From: Octopus bimaculoides
Taxonomy: Eukaryota
Length of the DNA stretch: 64,000 nucleotides
Assembly (NCBI RefSeq): GCF_001194135.2
Contig: NC_068988.1
Location: 10,620,057 to 10,684,056 of the forward strand
Direction of reading: 5' to 3'
This document shows, one piece after another, positions 53,258 through 64,000 of the stretch. Positions within the stretch are counted from its first letter, which is position 1, and each line of letters opens with the position of its first letter. The notes beneath the pieces are model-generated. The model saw only the letters and a program-made list of their open reading frames with translations. It was not told the origin of the DNA and did not search any database. The translations under genes were made by a program, and so were the position numbers.

Positions 53258-56162
53258 TAGTAATTCTACGACCGTTACTAGCAACCGAACCGGTCTTTCA
53301 CTAACGGAACTGCTCACTTCTCGGTGAATTGTTTAATGGCTTTTTGATACATCGAAATATCTCATTGTGGTAGGTTTAGTTGCACCTCACTTCATTTATG
53401 CACTTTCATCTCAGGTCTGCTTCAAGAAAAAGTTTCCTTAAAATTCTCATGTCCATACAATAAAGCAATGTGTGCTGTCAATCGATGAAGCATGGCTGAA
53501 CGTGTAAGAAAAGTGATATAATATCGTTGCTCCATTAGATCTGTACATTATCAACTTTGTTATAACCAAATAATAGCTTGCCCCAAATGTCTAATATATA
53601 CAACTGCACAAGCCGTGCGTGCAACATGACGCATAGTTAAGAACAGAACACTCAGGCTTAATTCCACTATGAAATATACTTGTCAAGTGTTTTACAAATG
53701 AATTTCTAGAGATAGAACCAGTAGAAACAGTATCGTTATTTCACTGATGTTACCTAATCATTAATTTATGATAGAGTTTTTCTGCAGAATACTTACTACT
53801 AAATTGAAATTACATTCCAGGCACTGAAAGGTGCGAAAAATGACAGAAGCTATACAAAAGACAAATATCAACTACATATTTAAGATGTAGAAAAGTGAGG
53901 GTCAGTAACACTTCATTAATGACAACCCACAATGTAAAGAGTACAAGAATTGGGATATAAGAGAATGAAAGACATTTAAATACAGCCAAAAGACATGTTA
54001 TGTACTCAGCAATAATGAAATGAAGCAGCGTAAGTAAAGAAAAAGTTTATCAGATCGCATGTTCACTAGTGTGGAGACGTAACATCAGAAAATTAAGATC
54101 AATAATAAAAGCTAGGCGTTAAAAGAAATGTTCTTCCTTTGAGAAGGCGACATATCGATTGAATGACAAATATTTTTCGTGACATAGAAGCATCAAACGC
54201 TTTAGAAAAACTTGAGGAACAGTATATAGGATTTCTTCATTCTGACCTTCTGAAGAACATAAACATTTTGGTCTTACCAGATGATTTCAGTTCAATATTA
54301 ACGTAAAATACTCTAAAATCGGTATACAAACACCCACATACATACGTGTGTGGGAGGGTATAGTATGGCTCAGTGTGTAGTTTGTGTGTGTAGTATGTAT
54401 GTATGTAGTGTGCGGTCTGTGTGTGTGTGTGTGTGCGTGTCTGTGTATATGTGTCTATGTGTCTGTGTGTGTGCATGTGTGTGTAATTCTCAGGCACCTT
54501 TGTGTATAGGCTACGGCAATGTGTACCGTGAGAGCTTTTAAGAACAGTGACACAATCTTTAAATCGTTTCTTTCGGGTGATGCATCTTATTATTTAAGGC
54601 ATAAATGCATCCGTAGAAATTGCTGCCAACGTTAGAGTTGCAAATGTGAAGCATATATATATTTGGTTGACATCTGTAACTGAACACCTTAGAGTTAAAA
54701 TACGACATGATAATATATAAAAGTAAATGCATCAGACTAGAAGCCCATCTTTTGTCTCACGAAGAGCTATAGATACATAATGATATATCATGAAACCTGA
54801 ACAATGTTTCAATGTGGAAATGTTTGTCAGTGTTTCTGGACATTTGTATTATTTTAATTATTAAAATTTTATTTATGTTTCCTACTTAGAAACGAAAATC
54901 TCAGAATTTCCGAATTATGATGAATAACATTTGTCAACACGCCGTTGAATGCTCTGGAGGTAGTTTATCAAATATATTTGCTATATGTATATCCATTCAA
55001 GCATGAATTTACCCTCAAATAATGTTTATAATTTATAGAAATATTAACTTAATAACACTCCAGTTTCCGATTCAATACATTTTATTCACAACTCCTATAT
55101 TTTCTTCACAACATCACCGGTTTATCTACCCATCTTGTTTGAATCGTCGGTGGTAATAACACTTCTAGATTTCATTACTTGCTGTCCTGTGTATAATATT
55201 AACAATCGTAAAATATCTCTTGAGAGTAACGAAAAGCGTTGTATGTGATGTATATTGCATATAAAATTTGTAAATGATTTCAAACCGACGCATCAGAAAT
55301 GAAGGATGCGAATATGCTGTTTGAAAGCACATAGAATTCCTAATTCAAAAGATTAACGACTCTGGTGTAATATCGATGAGAGAGTTGCAATACAAAGGGC
55401 ATTCATAAATCAGCTTTCCTCATTGCCATATACCATAGCTGTCAGGAGATACAAAGCATATTAGTTTCCTTTTTCAGAGACATACACGCAAATATTAAGG
55501 ATCAGGAACAGCTATTCATATCCATGATTGATGCTTCATCATACTATATTTTGAATTCATTTATATTAACGACTGCAGAAAGGTGAAAACAAAACGCCTG
55601 TCTTTCTGAGATTGAAATTAGATATCGGAGATATTAATCTGCTTACAGGGCCTCAACATAGCACCTAATATATTAAAACCTGATTCTTTAAGCATAAATC
55701 AAATAGGACCCTATCAATAAGGCCTTTAGTGTTCTGTTAGATCGATGCCTTCAGCTTTCATTTAAATAATATTAACTTATGTTCGAAATTATCTTTGCTA
55801 CAAAGTAAATGAAAAAATACATTTATTCCGTAATACATTTTCTAATGTGCACACAAATGTTAATATAAACATACACATAATCACATACACACAAACGCAT
55901 ATATATTTACACATACATATATACACACACACCTATATATACAGACATTAGAGAAGGTAACCTTATTTAAGTCTGAATTTATACATTCAAATTACATATT
56001 AATTGTTATAAAGTGAATGTTTAATATTTAGTAGACATGCCCTTTGCATTTTCCAATGCAGCGTCCCTATTAGCCATGAGATGACGAATATTCTCTCACG
56101 GAATTTCTTGTCAAATTTCATGCAGTAACCTTAAAAGATCTGACTTTGAAAATGCTGTATTT

Positions 56163-56245
56163 TTCTTTTGCCGAATCGTTAAGTTACGGGGACGCAAACA
56201 CACCGCCATCGGTTGTCAAGCGATGCTGTGGAACAAACAGACACA
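56163..56245 (-). mobile_element. 3' extension of SINE family A (head probably lost in the adjacent gap)
   Basis: 'ttttgccgaatcgttaagttacggggacgcaaacacaccgccatcggttgtcaagcgatg...gaacaaacagacac' is the reverse complement of the 'gtgtctgtgtttgtcc...' extension also seen at 42080. Confidence 0.6.
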
Positions 56246-56248
56246 TAA

Positions 56249-56293
<45 letters not shown>

Positions 56294-57630
56294 NNNNNNN
56301 NNNNNNNNNNNNNNNNNNNNNNNNNNNNNNNNNNNNNNNNNNNNNNNNNNNNNNNNNNNNNNNNNNNNNNNNNNNNNNNNNNNNNNNNNNNNNNATATAT
56401 ATATATATATATATATAGGTGCCTATATATATATAATGGATTGTCTTTTCGTGAACGAAAAATGAAGACCTGCTGGTGCCTAGAAGACCTTTTGACAAAT
56501 GGAATAAATTGAATACTCATTTTCCCCTTTAGTGAGTGAATGGCAGCGCCTCTTTTACTTCGTGCCACAAAAACACAATGACGGGTAATGTTTTCATGTT
56601 GAGGGGGGCGTGTTGCCAGTGTGCCTTTAAGCGTGTACGATGTCGGTTATGATGTTGGAGTCGGTTTGCTCAAGTTTTTGAGAAGAGTAAAAGCAGTACT
56701 GGCACTTGTGTTGTTTTCCGGTATGTAGGTGTAAACGTTTTCATATTATGTTTACAAAAATATGAAAATAATGAATTAGAGTGATACAAATCAAATCAGA
56801 AATACGTAGCAATTTAATTGGTAGTTTCCAACATCTAGTAATCTCTAATAATTTGTCCTGAACGTTGTTTCCTAAAATTTATCAACACGATAATGCTTTC
56901 GCACACTTTCGATTGAAAGCAAAATAAGCAGTATGTATTAATTCATCGCAACTATTATATAGCCGATAGGCATTGAGATCCTCAGTGTATTATTTGAATT
57001 CCCTTAACTGATTTAAATATTTCTACACTCCTAAAAAGTAAAGCCTTAAGCTGGTTTACAACACAATCAGAAATCATCGCCTGTAGTAATCAACTTCCAT
57101 TTCCTTTTGTCTGAAATATTAAAAGAAGTAGAATTAATTACTTGTTTCAGCGTATATCATACTCTGAACACTAATTAATTAATTATTTCTAACATCTCGA
57201 GGGATAGGTGAGACAGAACAAGCATGCTATGGCTTAATGGGGAAAGAAAAATAATTGATGTGAGGATTGAATAACACTTCAAAACCCCATTAAAATTGAT
57301 TAATGAAATTCTCAATTATTGGAAACCAATAACACCACTTGTATTTCAAGCAAAATTGTTATTATCCGGGATTATTTTACGCCCTTTATGAGAAAGTGTG
57401 TAATATTTTATATAATACGGTTAAATGCTGCCGATAAACAACGAAACTCTATTCATATTACCATACTCCATTTCGTGTAAAATTTCAACGAAGGCAGATT
57501 AATTCTCTTAACCTGTTAATACGTATAGATACCCCTATAGACATATATACACACATATACATATTACACACAAGCACACATAATTACATACACGTTCATA
57601 CACACGAAGACACACACACACGAACACACA

Positions 57631-57715
<85 letters not shown>

Positions 57716-57879
57716 ACATATGTGTATGTATCGTTATCAATTGTATTGACTAGGCACCTCTACTTACTACACTTTCTTGAATTTTCACCGTGCACTTAAG
57801 AACATTAAACCCTTCAATATCAAGACCAACCTTAATGCATACCTATACCCCATGAACAGTGATATATACATACATGTAT

Positions 57880-57880
<1 letters not shown>

Positions 57881-57940
<60 letters not shown>

Positions 57941-57980
57941 CGTGTGTGTGTGTGTGTGTGCGCGTGGGTGTGTGTGTGCG
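57881..57980. repeat. (CA)10(TA)12(TG)n compound microsatellite containing a 56-bp perfect palindrome (57885-57940)
   Basis: Direct count from the sequence. Confidence 0.9.
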
Positions 57981-59269
57981 CGCGTCTGGGTATATTTGAT
58001 TTTGAGAAGTAATTTGAATCCAATATCACACATAAACCTGCGGCTTTATCCCATCTCATATCGCAAAGAAATATTTGTTATATACATTTTTCTACAGAAT
58101 GCAGCTAACCAGGAGCAAAGCTTCAAATGACTCACAAAATTAAAAAATTGAAATTCATCTTTATTTCGCTACGCTTTCTGAGCTGCAATATTTCAAACTT
58201 TAAACGGATAACATTAACTCAATACAGTGAGATAANNNNNNNNNNNNNNNNNNNNNNNNNNNNNNNNNNNNNNNNNNNNTATATATATATATATATATGT
58301 ATACATATATACTTTTCGAAGATCCTCAGGTGGCTCTTAAAAATAATGAGAGCTTCAAACAGTAATTCTTTTAAGTCGGTTGCCTTGGGGAGAATACAAG
58401 TAAAAATAAATGATGAAGCTTCAGTGATGTGTTGTGAAGAAATACCGAAGATTAGAAAGTCAATTCTAAAAGCTTTGCGTCTTTGATACACAAATCGTGT
58501 CTTTCAACATTTATAGCAAGCGATCCGAAACACAATCGACAATACCACTTCTATTCTCTTGCATTGAATATTATATATTTACTATATTCAAAGCCATTTA
58601 ATTTTACGCCGAATTTCACAATATCTGAAAAAATAAAATCTCTATCACATTTATAACTGAATATATTCCTAAATTGCATTTTTAATGAGATAAGGTAGGA
58701 GAAAGTGTTTTTGTCTCGGAAGCAGTTTAAACGGGAAACAAATAAATATTGAAAAAAAAAATTATGCACATGCGCAGACAAGATTCGAATTTACTTAGAA
58801 TATTAGATCGAAAGCGTGAAATAAGAAAAACATAGGTATGTAACTTGTTAATAGGTAGCTGAAATTAATCATAAATGAAGTTTTCCCAACAATACTTCAA
58901 ATGTAAGGCATTATAAATGCCAAACATGACATTTATTTATGTATAGAAAAATTGTTTATATAATTAAATTGCTTTATTGATTTTTGTATGTCTGAGGCCA
59001 AACAGATTCTGATGCTGAGCTTACTTTAATGTTTCAATCAAGACATACATCATCATTTAACAGGGTATGCATCCACCCCAGTACCCATGTTCAATATTTC
59101 ACGATAAGATAACGTCTTTGTGTTCGTGATCTTTCATCCTTTCGGGTATGGTGAAATAAGTTCCAGCTAAGTAGTGGAGACGATGTATTCAAAGTTCTTC
59201 TCCCCCAAATTGTTGTTCTTGTGCATGACTTTGGACCAACATTGCAGAATATGGACCTCGTACAAGCAA

Positions 59270-59460
59270 TGTTACGTCGTCTACTCTAGCTCGTATCCTA
59301 GCATTGGGTTTGTCACTTTCTATCCAGTCTCCTCAGTTGATGTATGTGCTGAATGTGACTTTGGAGTCCAAATCGGCGGTGAAAGAGTCGTGAGCAGAAA
59401 TCGCACAGGATATTTGGTGCGAGTCGAAAATGTTCAAGACGCTCCTTTCTTCCCCTGCGT
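59270..59460 (-). mobile_element. RTE-clade LINE extreme 3' end
   Basis: Minus ORF 59313-59621 ends RRGRKERLEHFRLAPNILCDFCSRLFHRRFGLQSHIQH, the RTE terminal CxxCxRxFxxRIGLxSH zinc-finger-like motif. The 5' truncation abuts (TAC)n. Confidence 0.7.
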
Positions 59461-59527
<67 letters not shown>

Positions 59528-59555
59528 AGATGGCGGTGGTTGTGGTGGTGGTAAG
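59460..59555. repeat. (GTA)n microsatellite with a GGT tail
   Basis: Direct reading. Confidence 0.95.
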
Positions 59556-60424
59556 GTAGGTTAATCTGAGTATAGTATTATATAAAGGTGTTATAATTCC
59601 TTTCTTCTCTCGCTGTTTCAATGTTATTATTCATTTAACACTGTCTCTATACAAGTTGAAGATTTCTGTGCATTTACTTCTAAGAACTCTTAGATATATC
59701 AACAGCTGTGTTTCCAAAACATATAAATTTGCTCATTTTATTCTAAATCTCGTAAACACATTATGAATATAATAAAATAGACTACTACAAACAGATGAAT
59801 TGGATAGCCTATATTAGAAATATATTACACCTATTTATCTGGTATAGTAAATAGAAAGTGTATCTGAATATAAACAAACAAAGACACTTTGGGTTAAAAA
59901 CATTTATCTCCGTACATGTTGATGTTTTTTCTGCATAGAATGATAAATATATCAAGGAATAATCAAATCAAATATTGCAAAAGCATAAAATGAATGATAA
60001 TATTTAATTCAATAAAACCATACAAAATCGAATAAGAGCGTATAAATGAGGCAAGGCCTGTCTGTAAGTAAGACAAAATATTTGATAAAATTCAAATAAT
60101 GCAAGCATTTTTATATCAGACAGTTAAAGGAGTGCAGGCAACGAAATACACCAAAATAGATATTGAATTTGTAAATCAGAGGATAGGAGCTGATATTTAC
60201 AACCCATTGTCTATCGTACCTTCGGGAAATTATTTCCTGACTAAGCATCACATTAACATTGTTATATTATTAATTGATCCTCACTTATAGACACAAATAA
60301 ACAAGATAACCAGAAGGTTAAGAGAAATACTTCGTGATTATTAGATTGTTATTATGAAAACAAGATCGATGTATAAGATAATAGTAACATCCTTTACAAC
60401 GAGCACAATGAATCTCTGACAACG

Positions 60425-60433
60425 AAAATGATA

Positions 60434-60496
<63 letters not shown>

Positions 60497-60537
60497 CATT
60501 ATTATTATCATTATTATTATTATTATTATTATTATTA
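60425..60537. repeat. (AAT)n switching to (ATT)n, running into a gap
   Basis: Polarity switch at about 60497. Confidence 0.95.
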
Positions 60538-60743
60538 NNNNNNNNNNNNNNNNNNNNNNNNNNNNNNNNNNNNNNNNNNNNNNNNNNNNNNNNNNNNNNN
60601 NNNNNNNNNNNNNNNNNNNNNNNNNNNNNNNNNNNNNNNNNNNNNNNNNNNNNNNNNNNNNNNNNNNNNNNNNNNNNNNNNNNNNNNNNNNNNNNNNNNN
60701 NNNNNNNNNNNNNNNNNNNNNNNNNNNNNNNNNNNNNNNNNNN

Positions 60744-60810
60744 GTCTCTTGAGGTCTCTGGGTGAGACTTGGATCCAACTTGTACAAATGCAAAACAAAA
60801 GTCAAACATA
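60744..60810 (+). mobile_element. Probable 3' UTR tip of an R4/Dong-like element with an (AAT)n tail
   Basis: Unique 65-bp segment 'gtctcttgaggtctctgggtgagacttggatccaacttgtacaaatgcaaaacaaaagtcaaacat' followed directly by (AAT)n. The upstream part is in an N-gap and the family assignment is from memory or inference. Confidence 0.4.
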
Positions 60811-60849
60811 AAATAATAATAATAATTATTATTATTATTATTATTATTA

Positions 60850-60923
<74 letters not shown>

Positions 60924-60960
60924 ATGGTTATTATTATTATTATAATGATTATTATTATTT
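60810..60960. repeat. (AAT)n to (ATT)n microsatellite
   Basis: Polarity switch at about 60825. Confidence 0.95.
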
Positions 60961-60974
60961 AGCAGTCATATATT

Positions 60975-61660
60975 TATCACGTGCTCTCACTGCACTACCG
61001 AGAGCAGCTCTGTGTGTCTTGTGTATATGCTGTGGATTGTTGTGATGTTCTTATCGTCACTGTATTTAAAATGATTTACGCAGGATATGTGCCGTGCCTA
61101 GTAGTGCTTTTTTCTGTATGTTACATATATTTGTTACTCCTGGTGTTTTTGTCATGTGTGAATATGTTTTTATCATACCTAGTACACCTATTATGATATG
61201 AATTGTTTCTGTTTTTAGACTCCACATTTGTATTTTGATATTTTCTCCATTTCTTTCAGAGAAACATTGTCATATGTTGGTATTGATAGATGGATTTGAA
61301 AGCATTTTTTTAAAAATGATCTCTGACATCTTTATCCGGCCTATTGGACATAATTTCTCTATCTGTCTGTATTGGCATATCTTATATTATGGTCGCTTTC
61401 TCCTATTCTGTGACCTTTCTGGCGAGTGCCAACACCATATTTATTCTGATATTATTCCATAGTGTTTGCATAGCTTCCAGTGTATATAGGTCACAACACT
61501 GTTGTGTCTGTGAATATGTCTTCCTTCTTAGCCAGGACCGGGGAGCAAGAGACAAGATGGTTTATTGTTTCTTGTCCATGTCTACATATTCTACAGTTAT
61601 GTTTCGTTTCATTATTGTTTTCGGGAATTTCTGGTGGAGAGACTTTGGTCTTCTGCTGCA
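60975..61660 (-). mobile_element. R4/Dong-clade RLE non-LTR retrotransposon 3' fragment (copy A)
   Basis: Minus strand: VVTYIHWKLCKHYG...KVTE...DMPIQTDREIMSNRPD...LSIPTYDNVSLKEMEKISKY...IIIGVLGMIK...IQKKALLGTAHILRKSF*. This is the R4/Dong RLE signature. The 3' end runs into (AAT)n. Confidence 0.85.
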
Positions 61661-61661
61661 A

Positions 61662-61662
61662 T

Positions 61663-61722
<60 letters not shown>

Positions 61723-61862
61723 CAGTAGTAGTAGTAGTAGTAGCAGTAGTAGTAGTAGTAGTAGCAGTAGTAGTAGTAGTATATCATCATCTTCATCATC
61801 ATCATCATCATCATTATCATTATTATTATCAACATCATCATCATTATCATTATTATTATCAT
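61662..61862. repeat. (GTA)n/(GCA) to (ATC)n/(ATT)n compound microsatellite
   Basis: Direct reading; explains the poly-S, poly-V and poly-L ORFs. Confidence 0.95.
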
Positions 61863-61869
61863 TCAGTTG

Positions 61870-62610
61870 ATTTATTTTTATCACGCGTTTTCGTAAAACC
61901 ACTGAGCACAGCTTTGTGTGTCTTGGTTATGTGCTGTGTTTTGTTGCGACTCTCTTATTTTCTCTGTATTAAAATTGTTTTACGTAGGATTATGCGATGC
62001 CCTGTAGTGCTATTTTTTGTATGCTATATATATTTGAAACTCCATGTGTTTTGATATGAATTAGTCTGACATTTCTTATCATACCTAATGTAACTGCTAT
62101 AATAGGAAATGTTTTCCTTTTCAGCCTCCACATTCTGGGTATCACTATTTCAAGACTTTTTGTATTTTGAGAAACGTTTATTTTCGAGAAACGTTGTCGT
62201 CTGTTGGTATAGATACAACGATTAGAAATTATTTTTGTCTTGGAGATCTATGACAACAATATCCGACCTAAAACGCCGGATATAATTTTCCGAGATCACC
62301 AAATTGAGAGAGATTAACTTAATTTCTCTATTTGTGCGTATTTGCATATCCCAGAAAATGGTGGCTTTCTCATTTTCTGTGACCTTTTACGGGGTGTGCC
62401 AAAACCATCTTTCTGTTGATATTCGATAATGTTGGCATACCTTCCAGTGTATATAGGCCTCAACACTATCGTGTCTGGGAATATATTCGTACTTGGCCGG
62501 AAGTGAGCAGCCAGAAACAATATGATTTATTGTTCCTTCTACATCAATACTTTCTTATCATTATGCACTTTTGGTGATTTCTGGTGGAAAGGCTTTGCTC
62601 TTGTGCCTTG
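61870..62610 (-). mobile_element. R4/Dong-clade RLE non-LTR retrotransposon 3' fragment (copy B)
   Basis: Minus strand: RHDSVEAYIHWKVCQHYRISTERWFWHTP*KVTENEKATIFWDMQIRTNREIK...RSDIVVIDLQDK...SIPTDDNVS...SKYK...MWRLK...IQKIALQGIA*ILRKTI. It is homologous to copy A but clearly divergent. Confidence 0.85.
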
Positions 62611-62741
62611 TCTGTTACTTTTCTGTTTCGCTTAACCCAATATTTAGCATGTTGGGACTTTCCTTGCCCCATTGTATCATTTGACATGCAGAGGATTTTC
62701 ACATGGCGTGAAATTTTCGATGTCAACGACATCGATGCTAG

Positions 62742-62843
62742 TGCTTATCGACCCAGAAATGTAACATGACACGGATCATAAAAGCGGACGAAATGTTGCT
62801 AAGTACTTTGTCCAGTGTGCTAACCACTCAGCCACCTCGCCGA
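62742..62843 (-). mobile_element. Partial tRNA-derived SINE (family B) with an internal deletion
   Basis: 'cttatcgacccagaaatg...ggacgaaatgttgctaagtactttgtccagtgtgctaaccactcagccacctcgcc'. Confidence 0.6.
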
Positions 62844-64000
62844 CTTTAGTAACAATAGTCTCAATATCACAGCTCTGTTGATTTGTCAATTTCAGTAGAA
62901 ACCTTTTCTTGCTATTTTCAACATACATCGTATTATGATTATTGATATTATAGTACTTTGAATTTTATCACCAAGAAAAAAATTTCCGTGTATAAAATAA
63001 TATTTTAAAAGAACACGAAGGAAAACAGATGCTTACATTGCAAATATGAAAGAACATATAAACAAAACAGAGAAATATTTCCTGTTATATCGTTTTGCTT
63101 CCATTTTTTCTTCGTATTCATAAAATTTTCATTGGAAGAAATATTTATATTACTGAACACATATAATTTCGTTTAACGTGTTATTCACAAAAACAACTAA
63201 TATATGCGAAACTAACACTATACCAAATACGTTGGTGTGTGTATTTGTGAGTTTTCGCATAGGTGTGTGAGTGTAGATGTGTCAGAGTGTATATATGCAT
63301 GCTCACATATAATTCCATAGTGTGTGTAGAATTTCACATTTCAGAAAACATTTTCATTTATGGTCGTCACTCAATACTTGAATTGTTTTTTTAAAATTTA
63401 CATTTATTATAATTACCTTTTATTTTCGATGAAGTGTTTCGCTTTTTGCTACTTATGAAATGTAATTCTTACTTTTTTCCGTATTGGTAGTTTATAATAT
63501 ATTAATTTTTATCTTTGTCGTGTTCAAAATTTTAATGATAATATTTCTCCCAGTAGAGAGAAATTAATGTCGTAGTTATATTTGTCGATATTTTCTTTAA
63601 AACTATGAATATAAAACATTTTCAATTTCACAATTCTAGAGTTAATATTATGTAACGAAAAAAAAAAGATGTACTCAATACTATCAACCTTCTTTGCATT
63701 AATAAATAACTTAAAATGAGTGTAGCAATTACCCTCGAACAAATCAATTTTTTATAAAATCTGGTAACTATCATATTCAGCAATTTATCGATATTTGGGA
63801 GGATGAGATACAAACGTGAGCTTTCGCAGACTTGAACTCAGAAGGTCATGTATCCTGATCAAATTCCGAGAAGTCCGAGAGTATAAAGATTTTGCCTCTC
63901 CATTACTCTAGTATGAAAAAGAATATGTATAGTACTTTCTTATGTATATGTTATGCCTGTCACTTTAAGGGAATCAGCTAGTTTAACATTTCAGCTTTTG

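Overview
An AT-rich, microsatellite-dense eukaryotic window from a gapped assembly. It has 19 N-runs, nearly all flanked by simple repeats. The SINE families and repeat content suggest a cephalopod, probably Octopus; this is my recollection of octopus repeats, not a search result. I found no convincing host gene. Most ORFs in the supplied track are artefacts of microsatellites or N-runs. The window is a graveyard of decayed mobile elements: three internally deleted mariner copies, two RTE 3' ends, one CR1/L2-like LINE 3' end, about a dozen tRNA-derived SINE copies, and fragments of three restriction-like-endonuclease (RLE) non-LTR clades (CRE, HERO x2, R4/Dong x2-3). The most interesting observations are RNA-level. 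There is a near-intact minimal type I hammerhead ribozyme at 4193-4235 of the Penelope-associated dimer type, overlapped by an inverted repeat. A second, non-canonical hammerhead-like motif lies at 14532-14571. A permuted GAAAC...CTGATGA motif occurs in the 3' UTR of both divergent HERO copies. There is also a tail-to-tail R4/Dong cluster in an (AAT)n/(ATT)n tract at 60.4-62.6 kb. All translations were done by hand and element boundaries are approximate.
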